DNA from: Tannerella sp.
Lineage (GTDB): Bacteria > Bacteroidota > Bacteroidia > Bacteroidales > Tannerellaceae
Direction of reading: 5' to 3'
Assembly: GCA_031278765.1 (NCBI GenBank)
Contig: JAITJX010000097.1
Location: 1-39,501, forward strand
DNA: 39,501 nt
Under the pieces are notes generated by a model. It searched no databases, had not been told where the DNA came from, and saw only the letters and a list, made by a program, of their open reading frames with translations. This document shows positions 8,190 through 18,047 of the stretch, one piece after another; positions within the stretch are counted from its first letter, which is position 1; each line of letters starts with the position of its first letter. Both the position numbers and the translations under genes were made by a program.

Positions 8190-10157
8190 TTAAGGCATGG
8201 TCATTCTCAGTTTTCTCAAAAATTCGTTGAGGTTTCCGCCGATAGTGAAACTGATGCGTTTTTTCAATCGGTAACGCAATACGTGTACGGATGAAGGCTC
8301 TATTTCAAAACATTCGGCAACTTCGCTGATTTCCATGCCTATAGTAAAACACAAACAGTATTTTACGTAAAATTTGGACAAATATCCGGTAAAAGGACTT
8401 TTTAATAATGTAATATATTTATTATCTATAGAACGTAAAAGTTCAATATATTCGGGTTTTCGAGGAAGTTTTTTATTTAAAAGAGCAATTAAATCCTCAA
8501 TTATCAGTTGATTTTCGATGTTTCCGGTTGTATTTACCAATTTTTTATTTTTGGATAATTTATCCAAAAGATGAAGCCTTTTTGTAAACGCTCCAATTTC
8601 ATTGTCGAACACCTCTTTTTCTTTTAGCAAAATCTCTATTTCTCTGTTTTTGCCTTCTATTTCAATTTCTTTGATTCTGCTTTCCGACAATATTTCATAT
8701 TTTTCGAGTAAAGACTTTGTGGCACGCTCTTCATTGATTTTTAAGTTGATTTCCACTTCTTGTTTCTCTTTCAAAATAAGTTTGTAGTGATTTCTGAAAT
8801 TCTTGTTCATCATCTTTAACCACGCCCACAATAATACAATTAATATAATGAAAAGAGATATTGCCATGATTAGCATTATATTGGATTTTAATTGCTGATG
8901 ATTAATGTTTTTCAGTTGTTCTATTTTAATGTCTTCTTTTTCTGTGTTGTATAAAAAATCGATTTCTTGAGATTCAATATCTTGCAATTTTTTTCTCAGG
9001 TTATTTTTCAATTCGTTAAAGACAAGCGCTTCCTTGTAATTTTTTTGTGCCATAAGGATTTTGCAGTGCAGGTCGGCATAAGCTATTTCATCACTGTAAT
9101 AAGATTCTTCGGGATACATGCTCCCCGTCTGCTGAATATCCATTTGTAGAAATTTTTCGGCGTCTTTAATACTCTTCTCAGCGTCGGAGAACTTTTTTTG
9201 CCCGTAGTACATTATTGATTTAGCATATTCTGTGTAACTTAAAATGTAATAATCATCTGAATATCCGATATTTTCCGCATTTTTGATGCATGAATTTATC
9301 AGATTCCAGTCCGGATTTTGCTTTTGAGAATAGTATTCCGCCAAAAGTAAATATGATTGGAGTATATCATAATCAAGTCCTGCAGGTAACACGTCGTTTT
9401 CTTTGTTGTAAATATTCACTCGTTCGATTTCAAAATGAATGGCTGAATCAAGTATTATTTCGTTTTTTGACGTTTTAAAATATTCGTAATACAAGTCTGA
9501 TTTCATTGAATAAAGCAGAAACTTGATGAAGGGAGAATAATCCCTTCCGAGAATGTTTTCTATCTTTCCGATAATGCGTTTTGAGAAAACAGTATCCGGC
9601 ATGTTGGCGGTATAAATAGTTATGTCATAAAGGGTTGCTTCGATAGAGGATATTTCGTTTTCTATCCGGTTGAAATAATCGATAGCATTTTCAAATTGTT
9701 TGTATCCTTCTTTACGCCCGTATGGTTTGTTGATGGCTTGCGTACCTTTCGTGAAATGATACCTCGCAAGCGAAAGCGGACGGGTTGCGTCTTCCATGTA
9801 CAAATCTGCCGAATCCAAATAAACATCAAATAAATGGTTTTCTTCCCAGACATAATACAAATCAGCAAGATAAACATAAAGATACAATATGCCGTCCACA
9901 TCTTTTTGCTTTTTGCTTTCTTTCAAGATTCGGTTTAAAACTTCGATTTGTTTTTCCCGAAGCGTATCTTTTTTGTAACTGCATTTATAGACAAGCGCAA
10001 CTTTCTCTTTATATGAAATATCTTCATTGTCAATCACCTTAGCCAGCGAATCAATCGTAAGACCGTTTTCGTTCAGATATATGGTTGCCCTATCTTCCTG
10101 AGAGTACAGTAAGACATTGCAAATAAGAAACATAAATATAATTACTCTGTTATACAT
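8190..10157 (-). CDS. Membrane-anchored TPR sensor with a C-terminal LuxR-like HTH (Bacteroidetes one-component regulator)
   Basis: Signal peptide, helical TPR-like region, one TM segment (IMLIMAISLFIILIVLLWAWL), coiled coil, and HTH GMEISEVAECFEIEPSSVHVLRYRLKKR. Confidence 0.72.
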   Translation of the reverse strand: MYNRVIIFMFLICNVLLYSQEDRATIYLNENGLTIDSLAKVIDNEDISYKEKVALVYKCSYKKDTLREKQIEVLNRILKESKKQKDVDGILYLYVYLADLYYVWEENHLFDVYLDSADLYMEDATRPLSLARYHFTKGTQAINKPYGRKEGYKQFENAIDYFNRIENEISSIEATLYDITIYTANMPDTVFSKRIIGKIENILGRDYSPFIKFLLYSMKSDLYYEYFKTSKNEIILDSAIHFEIERVNIYNKENDVLPAGLDYDILQSYLLLAEYYSQKQNPDWNLINSCIKNAENIGYSDDYYILSYTEYAKSIMYYGQKKFSDAEKSIKDAEKFLQMDIQQTGSMYPEESYYSDEIAYADLHCKILMAQKNYKEALVFNELKNNLRKKLQDIESQEIDFLYNTEKEDIKIEQLKNINHQQLKSNIMLIMAISLFIILIVLLWAWLKMMNKNFRNHYKLILKEKQEVEINLKINEERATKSLLEKYEILSESRIKEIEIEGKNREIEILLKEKEVFDNEIGAFTKRLHLLDKLSKNKKLVNTTGNIENQLIIEDLIALLNKKLPRKPEYIELLRSIDNKYITLLKSPFTGYLSKFYVKYCLCFTIGMEISEVAECFEIEPSSVHVLRYRLKKRISFTIGGNLNEFLRKLRMTMP

Positions 10158-10218
10158 AGATTAATATTATTAACTGCACTATTTTTTAATTTTTTTAATT
10201 TTAATTGCAAATTAATTG

Positions 10219-10308
10219 CAAAGATAACGGTTAAAATTGAGAAAAAGAAATTACTTAAAAAATAAAATGTATAAAATTTGCAAAAATTAAAAATATAGAC
10301 TATTTTTG
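10219..10308. promoter_or_regulatory. Divergent promoters for the TPR-HTH regulator (-) and the GH43 gene (+)
   Basis: Minus-strand TATCTTTG at 10226-10219; plus-strand TTTG 10277-10280 with TATTTTTG 10301-10308. Confidence 0.55.
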
Positions 10309-10329
10309 TGATGTGAAATCACATTTAAT

Positions 10330-11877
10330 ATGCGAAAATCAATTGTTATATTTTACTTGTTTTCAACAATATTATCTGTTGCACAGGATGTTTCTCTTTG
10401 TTGGGGCGACCAGGGGAACGGAATGTATGCAAATCCAATTTTGAATGCGGACTATTCTGATCCCGACGTAATTAGAGTAGGAACGAAATACTATATGGTA
10501 GCTTCCGATTTTCATTTTATGGGGATGCAAGTTCTGGAATCGGAAGACATGGTAAATTGGAGAATTATCACACAGATATATAAGTGTTTGGATTTTAAAG
10601 GTTGGAATGAAAACGAACGCTATGCAGGCGGCTCATGGGCGCCTGCTATTCGATTTCATGACGGTAAGTTTTGGGTGTTTTTTTGTACGCCCGACGAAGG
10701 ACTGTTTATGACAAACGCCGAAAGTCCGGCAGGGCCATGGACGCCGCTTCATTTGGTCAAAGCGGTGCCTAAATGGGAAGACCCCTGTCCGTTTTGGGAC
10801 GAAGATGGTAAGGCTTATCTCGGTCGCAGTATTTATGGAGCAGGTCCGATTATCATTCACCAGATGAGCTATGACGGCAAGCAATTGTTAGACAGCGGAA
10901 TAACGGTTTATAAAGGACCTGTTGCCGAAGGCACCAAGATTCTCAAAAAAGACGGCTATTACTATTTGTCAATACCCGAAGGCGGCGTAGAGAGGGGTTG
11001 GCAAACCATTTTACGCTCTAAAAGCATTTACGGCCCTTATGAGAAAAAAGTCGTTCTTGAACAGGGAAGTACGAGTATTAACGGACCTCACCAGGGTGCA
11101 ATAGTTGATACTCCCGAAGGTAAATGGTGGTTTTATCATTTTCAACATGCAGGCACAATAGGACGTGTAGTTCATTTACAACCCATGTACTGGCATGACG
11201 AATGGCCCGTTATCGGTGTTGACATTGACCGGAATGGAACAGGAGAGCCGGTCTATGTTTGGAAAAAACCGATTTCAAGTACAGAAGTTTTTTACCCGCA
11301 AACCGATGACAATTTTGATATGCCGGAATTAGGGTTACAATGGCAATGGAATCACAATCCAGCAGATGAGGCTTGGAGTTTGTCCCTTAAAAAGGGAAGT
11401 CTGACTTTGGAAGCCTTGACATCAACAACATTTCGCTTGGCGCGTAATACATTAACACAGAAGATAATGGGTTATGAAAGCGAAGCGACTGTCGAAGTAG
11501 ACATTTCGGAAATGGTTGATGGGCAACGATGCGGACTGGTTTGCATGGGAGGAGAAAACAAAATGCTTGGTATCAGAAAGATAAATGGCGCTTTAAGTTT
11601 GTATTTTTCTGATGATGCGATTGAAATTGCAATTGCTTCAATAAAGAAAAAGAAAATATATCTAAGAGTTTCTATTGATATACCGGACAGTAAGTTTATA
11701 TACTCATACAGCCTTGATAATAAAAATTATCTGAAATGCGGCGAAACGTTTTACATGAAATTCGGGTATTGGAAAGGCGCTCGAATCGGCCTTTATTGCT
11801 ATAATATTGAGAAGAAATCTGGATTGGCAATTTTTGATTCGTTTGTATATAAACACGATGGAGAGAAAAATAATTAA
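10330..11877 (+). CDS. Glycoside hydrolase family 43 (beta-xylosidase/arabinofuranosidase-like) with a C-terminal ConA-like domain
   Basis: NPILNADYSDPDVIRVG, SWAP, WEDPCPFWD, EGTK, PHQG, GR motifs; QWQWNHNP marks the start of the C-terminal domain; signal peptide. Confidence 0.92.
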   Translation: MRKSIVIFYLFSTILSVAQDVSLCWGDQGNGMYANPILNADYSDPDVIRVGTKYYMVASDFHFMGMQVLESEDMVNWRIITQIYKCLDFKGWNENERYAGGSWAPAIRFHDGKFWVFFCTPDEGLFMTNAESPAGPWTPLHLVKAVPKWEDPCPFWDEDGKAYLGRSIYGAGPIIIHQMSYDGKQLLDSGITVYKGPVAEGTKILKKDGYYYLSIPEGGVERGWQTILRSKSIYGPYEKKVVLEQGSTSINGPHQGAIVDTPEGKWWFYHFQHAGTIGRVVHLQPMYWHDEWPVIGVDIDRNGTGEPVYVWKKPISSTEVFYPQTDDNFDMPELGLQWQWNHNPADEAWSLSLKKGSLTLEALTSTTFRLARNTLTQKIMGYESEATVEVDISEMVDGQRCGLVCMGGENKMLGIRKINGALSLYFSDDAIEIAIASIKKKKIYLRVSIDIPDSKFIYSYSLDNKNYLKCGETFYMKFGYWKGARIGLYCYNIEKKSGLAIFDSFVYKHDGEKNN

Positions 11878-11906
11878 ATTTATAATGACTTTTTTATAAA
11901 AATAAT

Positions 11907-11914
11907 TACCTTTG
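11907..11914 (+). promoter_or_regulatory. -7 promoter element for the SPOR-murB operon
   Basis: TACCTTTG 27 nt upstream of ATG 11942. Confidence 0.55.
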
Positions 11915-11941
11915 CAGCGAAATAACTTAAAAATTAAGAAT

Positions 11942-12409
11942 ATGAAAAAGATTATGTTAATAATGGCTGTTACATGCGGCATTATTTTTTTGGGTTCGTG
12001 TAAATCAAAAAGTAGCGCATATAAAACTGCATATGAACAAGCTAAAGCGAATGATAAAGCGGTTATGTATGAAGATGAAGATGAAGAGATGCCTACCGGT
12101 GAAGAAATTTCTTATGAGTCTGTTAGACAGGAAAGCGTCAAACCCGTTTCGGGAGAGAATGCGACAGGATTGAAGAAATATTCTGTTGTGATAGGCAGTT
12201 TTAAAAACAAAACAAATGCTTATTCATTGAAAGAGAGAATGACAGATGAAGGCTACAGTCCTGTAATCGCTGAAAATGAATACGGTATGTTGCGTGTAAT
12301 TATCACAAGTTTTGATAACAAAGCAGATGCTGTAAGAAGTCGTGACAATATCAAAACAAAATATGAGCCAAATTTTCAAGACGCATGGATTCTTGAACGC
12401 ATGTATTGA
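11942..12409 (+). CDS. SPOR-domain (peptidoglycan-binding) lipoprotein
   Basis: Lipobox FLGSC; YSVVIGSFKNKTNA, MLRVII and DAWIL SPOR motifs. ATG 11942 is preferred over TTG 11912, which lies inside the promoter box. Confidence 0.88.
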   Translation: MKKIMLIMAVTCGIIFLGSCKSKSSAYKTAYEQAKANDKAVMYEDEDEEMPTGEEISYESVRQESVKPVSGENATGLKKYSVVIGSFKNKTNAYSLKERMTDEGYSPVIAENEYGMLRVIITSFDNKADAVRSRDNIKTKYEPNFQDAWILERMY

Positions 12410-13419
12410 TGCGAATTGAACAAAATTATTCTCTCAAAGAGCATAACACGTTTCATATCAATGTTAATACCCGTTGGTTTATAGAATATGAAAACGAAAA
12501 AGAGTTATTGAACATTCTTCATGACGAATATTTCCGGAAGTGTTTGTCGCTCCATATTGGAGAAGGGAGTAATTTGTTATTCATCAATGACTTTAATGGA
12601 ATAATATTCCATTCTCAAATAAAAGGAACAAAAGTATTGAAAGAAAGCGCGGAACATGTTTTGTTGCGTATTGGAGCAGCGGAACATTGGGATGATGTCG
12701 TATCTTTTGCTATTTCAAAAGGATGGGGCGGAATAGAAAATCTTTCATATATTCCGGGTGAGGCCGGTGCGGCGGCAGTTCAAAATATTGGTGCATATGA
12801 CATTGAAATTAAAGATGTTATAGAGACGGTAGAAGCATATAATCAACTGACTTGCGAAAGAAAAATATTTACAAAAGAAGAATGTGCGTATAATTACCGA
12901 CATAGCCGGTTTAAAGAAAATGATCGCGAGCCTTACATTATTACGCATATCAATATCAAATTGCTAAAAACTCCTGATTATAATCTGAATTACGGTAATT
13001 TAAAAGAAAAACTTGCAGGTAAGGACATCTCACTGAGATCTGTCAGAGAGACAGTTATTGAAATGCGAAAAAGTAAGCTTCCCGAAATAAAAGAGTATGG
13101 AAACGCCGGTAGTTTTTTTATGAACCCTTATATCTGTTCGGAACATTACGAATGTTTGAAAAAATATTATCCCGAAATACCTTTTTATCCTGTTAATAAG
13201 GAAGTTGTGAAAATTTCTGCCGCCTGGTTGATTGAGCAGTGCGGATTTAAGGGCAAGCGTGAAGGTAATGTCGGAACTTATCCGAAGCAAGCATTGGTAA
13301 TTATTAATTATGGCGGCGCTACGGGTGAAGAAATTATTTCGTATGCCGAAAAAATTCAAAAAGCGGTAAAAGAAAAATTCTATATTGAATTGACCAAAGA
13401 AGTGAAGTGTGTACAGTAA
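12409..13419 (+). CDS. murB: UDP-N-acetylenolpyruvoylglucosamine reductase
   Basis: HNTF, GEGSNLLF, ENLSYIPG, QNIGAY, YRHSRFK, GNAGSFFMNP, QALVIIN; start overlaps the SPOR stop codon (TGATG). Confidence 0.96.
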   Translation: MRIEQNYSLKEHNTFHINVNTRWFIEYENEKELLNILHDEYFRKCLSLHIGEGSNLLFINDFNGIIFHSQIKGTKVLKESAEHVLLRIGAAEHWDDVVSFAISKGWGGIENLSYIPGEAGAAAVQNIGAYDIEIKDVIETVEAYNQLTCERKIFTKEECAYNYRHSRFKENDREPYIITHINIKLLKTPDYNLNYGNLKEKLAGKDISLRSVRETVIEMRKSKLPEIKEYGNAGSFFMNPYICSEHYECLKKYYPEIPFYPVNKEVVKISAAWLIEQCGFKGKREGNVGTYPKQALVIINYGGATGEEIISYAEKIQKAVKEKFYIELTKEVKCVQ

Positions 13420-14027
13420 TTTGTTATACCGCAATGTTCACAGTTGGGTTTTCTTGCCGTGCATACGTAACGGCCATGAAGAATAAGCCAGTGGTGGGTT
13501 TTGGGAATAAGTTTTTCGGGAATATACTTAACTAATTCTTTTTCGGTTGCAAGTGGCGTTTTACTGTTTGTTGTAAGTCCGATACGGTTCGCAACCCTGA
13601 AAACATGTGTATCTACCGCCATTGCAGGTTTTCCGAATACAACCGAAGCTATCACATTTGCAGTTTTGCGACCAACACCCGGAAGTTGTTGCAAATCATC
13701 AATATCCGAAGGCACTTTACCGCTAAATTTCTCCGTCAGCATTTTAGCCATTCCTACAAGATGCTTCGCTTTATTGTTTGGATATGAGACGCTTTTTATA
13801 TATTCAAAAACGCTTTCCGGAGTTGCTTTCGCAAGAAATTCGGGTGTGGGATAGGATTTGAACAGTTCGGGTGTAATCATATTTACTCTTTTATCCGTGC
13901 ACTGAGCCGATAAAATGACGGCAATCAAAAGCTGAAACGGATCGTTATAATGTAGCTCCGTTTCGGCAACAGGCACATTTTCCGTAAACCATTCAATAAC
14001 TGCCTTGAAACGCTCGGATTTTGTCAT
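13380..14027 (-). CDS. nth: Endonuclease III
   Basis: LSAQCTD, HhH motif LPGVGRKTA, VDTHVFR, [4Fe-4S] C-X6-C-X2-C-X5-C. Confidence 0.97.
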   Translation of the reverse strand: MTKSERFKAVIEWFTENVPVAETELHYNDPFQLLIAVILSAQCTDKRVNMITPELFKSYPTPEFLAKATPESVFEYIKSVSYPNNKAKHLVGMAKMLTEKFSGKVPSDIDDLQQLPGVGRKTANVIASVVFGKPAMAVDTHVFRVANRIGLTTNSKTPLATEKELVKYIPEKLIPKTHHWLILHGRYVCTARKPNCEHCGITNYCTHFTSLVNSI

Positions 14028-14052
14028 AGATTTTTGGCGGTTCTTTCTCTTT

Positions 14053-15072
14053 TCAATATGCAGATCGGAACTGATCCAGAAATCGTTTGTCGTTTTCAGA
14101 AAACAGGCGAAGGTCTTTTATCCTGTATTTCAGATTGGCAATACGTTCTATCCCCATACCGAGAGCGTACCCCGAATAAATTTTACTGTTTATTCCACAA
14201 TTATCCAGCACATTAGGATCAACCATGCCGCAACCCAGAATTTCAACCCATCCTGTATGTTTGCAGAATGGGCAGCCTTTCCCGCCGCAAATATTACAAC
14301 TTATATCCATTTCGGCAGATGGCTCTGTGAAAGGGAAATAAGAGGGACGCAGACGAATTTTCGTATCTGAACCGAACATTTCTTTGGAAAAACAGGATAG
14401 AATCTGCTTCAAATCTGCAAACGAAACATTTTTATCAACGTAAAGAGCTTCTATCTGATGGAAAAAGCAATGCGCACGATACGAGATCGCCTCATTGCGG
14501 TAAACACGTCCGGGACATATAATTCTGACGGGAGGTTGCTGTTTTTCCATAATTCTCGTTTGAACGGATGAGGTATGCGTACGCAACACTACGTCAGGAT
14601 TATGAGCGATAAAAAATGTATCTTGCATGTCGCGTGCAGGGTGGTCGTCAGCAAAGTTCAAAGATGAGAAAACATGCCAGTCGTCTTCGATTTCCGGCCC
14701 TTCGGCAATACTGAAACCCAGACGGTTAAATATTTCGCAAATTTCTTTTTTCACTATTGACAAAGGATGTCGAGCGCCGAGATGAACGGGATATGCCGTA
14801 CGGGTAAGGTCGTAATCGTTATTTGAAATATTATTGTTTTCAAAAATTTTTTTAAGCTCATTTACTTTGTTTTGAGCCGATTCCTTCAGTTCATTCAGAT
14901 ATTTTCCTACTTCGCGTTTTTGCTCGGCAGCCACATCTCTGAAATCATTCATTAAGGCTGAAATACTTCCTTTTTTACTTAGATATTTAATTCTCAATGC
15001 TTCCAGCTCTTCTAAACTGTCTGCTTTAATTTCTTGTACCTCTTTAAGTAAGTCTTTAATCTTATTTATCAT
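14053..15072 (-). CDS. pheS: Phenylalanine--tRNA ligase alpha subunit
   Basis: HPARDMQDTF, LRTHTS, FHQIE, RPSYFPFTEPS, GMGIER. Confidence 0.98.
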   Translation of the reverse strand: MINKIKDLLKEVQEIKADSLEELEALRIKYLSKKGSISALMNDFRDVAAEQKREVGKYLNELKESAQNKVNELKKIFENNNISNNDYDLTRTAYPVHLGARHPLSIVKKEICEIFNRLGFSIAEGPEIEDDWHVFSSLNFADDHPARDMQDTFFIAHNPDVVLRTHTSSVQTRIMEKQQPPVRIICPGRVYRNEAISYRAHCFFHQIEALYVDKNVSFADLKQILSCFSKEMFGSDTKIRLRPSYFPFTEPSAEMDISCNICGGKGCPFCKHTGWVEILGCGMVDPNVLDNCGINSKIYSGYALGMGIERIANLKYRIKDLRLFSENDKRFLDQFRSAY

Positions 15073-15094
15073 ATTTCACTGTAAATTTTGGCCA

Positions 15095-15102
15095 CAAAGT
15101 TA
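15095..15102 (-). promoter_or_regulatory. -7 promoter element for pheS-nth
   Basis: Minus-strand TAACTTTG 22 nt upstream of the pheS ATG. Confidence 0.55.
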
Positions 15103-15187
15103 AAAAAAAATTTTAATCTTTTTTCTTTAACGGAAAAAGGGGGCAGGGCAAACGATTTAAATTTTGAGCAAATTAATCAAAAAAACT

Positions 15188-16735
15188 TTAAAACTGGAAA
15201 TAAATAAACGGTACAATTTCAGAACTTTTCATCTGTATGACAATGAAAATTGCCAACGACAGTAATGCCGCTTTGCTCCAAAACGGTAATAATATAACCT
15301 GTTCCTGTATTTTCAGGTCTATATCTTTCGGAATGAAGTGTATAATATAACCGGCTGCCATTAAAATAAATACGGTTTGATAGCCTGAAATTAGCTGCGA
15401 AAAAACGCCGGCCTCAAAATGCGTGAAAATTTGCGTCAGCATTTGAAATACCTTTTCCATCGTATCGGCACGGAAAAATATCCATGCAAAACAAACCAGA
15501 TGAAACGTAATCAATGTGTTTATAATGCGTTTCCCGATAGACATATCTTTTCCCAGAGTTTTTAATCCGAAAAAGGTTGCCATTCCCTTGTGAATTGCTA
15601 ACGTAACGCCATGAATAGCGCCCCAAAGAATAAAACGAATAGCGGCGCCATGCCATAATCCGCCAAGCAGCATTGTGACAGTCAGGTTTATATAAGTCCT
15701 GACTTTTCCCTTGCGGTTCCCGCCGAGCGGAATGTATAAATAGTCTCTTAACCAAGACGACAACGAGATATGCCAGCGTCTCCAAAACTCTGTAATTGTG
15801 GCAGATTGATACGGTGAATCGAAATTGATTTTCAGACGAAAACCGAGCAGCAAAGCAATTCCGATTGCTATGTCCGAATATCCCGAAAAGTCGCAGTAAA
15901 TCTGCAAAGCATAACCATAAACACCCATAAGATTCTCAATACCGGTATAAAGAGAGGGGGCATCGAAAATTCTGTCCACAAAGTTTACGCTGATATAGTC
16001 CGAAATTATGCATTTTTTGAATAGTCCGCAGATAATCAGATATAACGCTTCACCCATCTGACTGTTTAGCAGTACGGGTTTGTTTTTGATATAAGGTATG
16101 AAATTTTTTGGGCGGACGATAGGACCAGCTACCAATACAGGGAAGAACGAGACGAAAAACATATAATCCAGCCAGCTTTTCACCGGCTTTATTTCATCTC
16201 TATAAACGTCTATGGCATAGCTTAACGATTGAAAGGTGAAAAACGATATTCCGACAGGAAGGAATATGTCAAGCGGATGAAATTGAACATGCTGTAACGT
16301 TTCGTATTCAAAAATTTCACCAAAATAATGAAACAGTCCTATAGCCGCGTCATACAGGAAATTGGTGTATTTGAAATAACCTAACATTCCAAGATTTATA
16401 ATAATACTTAATGCTACCCATAACTTTCTGTTAGTCTTTCCTTTGGTCATTGCAATGTAATGACCGATAAAAAAGTCCAAAGTGGCTACAATCAGCAATA
16501 GAATGACAAACACTCCGCTCGTTTTGTAATAAAAATAAAGCGAGAAAAGAATTATGTATATTATTCTTATTGTCTGATGATTGCGCAACTTATTGTAAAA
16601 AAAATAGAAGATCAGAAACAGAAACAAAAACAGTCCGGTGTTAAAAAGCATCGGAGAATCGGGTTGATATTTAATGATTTCCATTAATTTATCCCATGAC
16701 AGACCTTTAAAAATCGACTGAATACTATTCTGCAT
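15188..16735 (-). CDS. MBOAT O-acyltransferase (AlgI/PatA/DltB-like)
   Basis: PVGISFFTFQ, LVAGPI, YCDFSGYSDIA, FWRRWHISLSSWLRDYLYIPLGGNR, catalytic WHGA, C-terminal FIYFQF. Confidence 0.93.
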   Translation of the reverse strand: MQNSIQSIFKGLSWDKLMEIIKYQPDSPMLFNTGLFLFLFLIFYFFYNKLRNHQTIRIIYIILFSLYFYYKTSGVFVILLLIVATLDFFIGHYIAMTKGKTNRKLWVALSIIINLGMLGYFKYTNFLYDAAIGLFHYFGEIFEYETLQHVQFHPLDIFLPVGISFFTFQSLSYAIDVYRDEIKPVKSWLDYMFFVSFFPVLVAGPIVRPKNFIPYIKNKPVLLNSQMGEALYLIICGLFKKCIISDYISVNFVDRIFDAPSLYTGIENLMGVYGYALQIYCDFSGYSDIAIGIALLLGFRLKINFDSPYQSATITEFWRRWHISLSSWLRDYLYIPLGGNRKGKVRTYINLTVTMLLGGLWHGAAIRFILWGAIHGVTLAIHKGMATFFGLKTLGKDMSIGKRIINTLITFHLVCFAWIFFRADTMEKVFQMLTQIFTHFEAGVFSQLISGYQTVFILMAAGYIIHFIPKDIDLKIQEQVILLPFWSKAALLSLAIFIVIQMKSSEIVPFIYFQF

Positions 16736-18047
16736 CCTGCTCTTCCTCTCTCAATTCTTGGACTTTGTTGAAGCTGTTTATCAACGATTTATATAAAAGT
16801 TTACCTTGCTCGTCATATCCTTTTTGAGTGAAATGTATACGGTCGCGAGCGAACATGCCGGCTTCAAACCAGTTATTACAGGAATTACTGCCTCCCGAAA
16901 CAGCATACAAATCCCAACAGGCTAATCCGTTAATTGCGGTATATGAACTAATTGTTTCTGCCGCTTTTTTCGTGTTTTCATTCCGTACATAATATCTTTT
17001 TTGTTTACTCCTCAATCTTTTAAACGTTTCGGGTGGAGTGGTTAATATGATAGAAGTATTGGGCAATTCCTCATGTACAAGGTTTACAAACGAATCGATT
17101 TGCCGTTCAAATTCAGGCATGCTGAAATTCTTTCCGAAAGATTCGTTTGTTCCGAGCGAAACAATAATCAAAGTCGGGTTTAATAGAGATAACTGTCTGA
17201 TATATTTTCTGTTGGTGAAATCTACATATCTTGCTCCGTTTATCCCTAATGCGTGATATAAAATGCCCGCATGTCCGTTTGTCAGCAAAAAACCGTAATA
17301 AATGCTTGGGTCGAGGAATGTATCGGTTTCAAAAGATTTTATTTGCAGGCTGTTAATCAAATTATTACTGATAAAAGTGTCAATCAGGATATCTTCAAAT
17401 TGTGTTTCTCCCTGAAAACAATCAATATCTGGCTTTGGGAACAGCTGTTTGGAATATTTATCTCTGAATAATAGCGCTTTATTGAAATCGTATCCGACGC
17501 CATTGTTCGGAGCTACAAGAACGCCCAAATCTATTTCGGCATCCAAAGCTTCAATGCCTATTCCCCCGAGCCCCCAGGTGCATTTCGGTTCTTTTTGAAT
17601 GCAGACGCTTGATATAAAATGTTTTATTCCGGAAGTAATGAAATAGTCGTTAGGCTCGTTTGTCCCTGAAAGTCTAAGTGGTGAAATCCATCCTCTTCCG
17701 GCATTTCCAAAAGTATTTTGCAGTAGCCGCATTGTTCTTCCGGTCAGAAAACCAGCCTGAATATGCGAGTCGCCAATGTGTATGATGTTAATAATCGTAT
17801 CTTTACCCGCAAGTAACAGTCTTAAATTTTCATAAAAACCGTTCAACGAATGTGCGGAATCTTTTATAATGCAGAGAGAATCAGTAATAAACGGCAGATT
17901 CACAATAACATCATCCTGTATCGTTTTTTCATTTTCTTTTATTGCAGCGTATGATTTATGATATGTTGCGGCTGCAATTGTCGTCAATGCCAGAAATAAA
18001 GTCATCCGGCGGATATGTTTACTTAATGAATTATTCATCTCTGTCAT
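16725..18047 (-). CDS. SGNH/GDSL hydrolase-family protein (periplasmic O-acetyltransferase or acetylesterase, Ape/PatB-like)
   Basis: Blocks GDSH, GINGA, LGTNE and DRIH. Likely start is 18047 or 18038, just before a signal peptide; the ORF-track start 18191 overlaps the upstream gene. Confidence 0.82.
   Translation of the reverse strand: MTEMNNSLSKHIRRMTLFLALTTIAAATYHKSYAAIKENEKTIQDDVIVNLPFITDSLCIIKDSAHSLNGFYENLRLLLAGKDTIINIIHIGDSHIQAGFLTGRTMRLLQNTFGNAGRGWISPLRLSGTNEPNDYFITSGIKHFISSVCIQKEPKCTWGLGGIGIEALDAEIDLGVLVAPNNGVGYDFNKALLFRDKYSKQLFPKPDIDCFQGETQFEDILIDTFISNNLINSLQIKSFETDTFLDPSIYYGFLLTNGHAGILYHALGINGARYVDFTNRKYIRQLSLLNPTLIIVSLGTNESFGKNFSMPEFERQIDSFVNLVHEELPNTSIILTTPPETFKRLRSKQKRYYVRNENTKKAAETISSYTAINGLACWDLYAVSGGSNSCNNWFEAGMFARDRIHFTQKGYDEQGKLLYKSLINSFNKVQELREEEQDAE

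Noticed and set aside
14053-15072. pheS without adjacent pheT
   Set aside because: This split arrangement is normal in Bacteroidetes.
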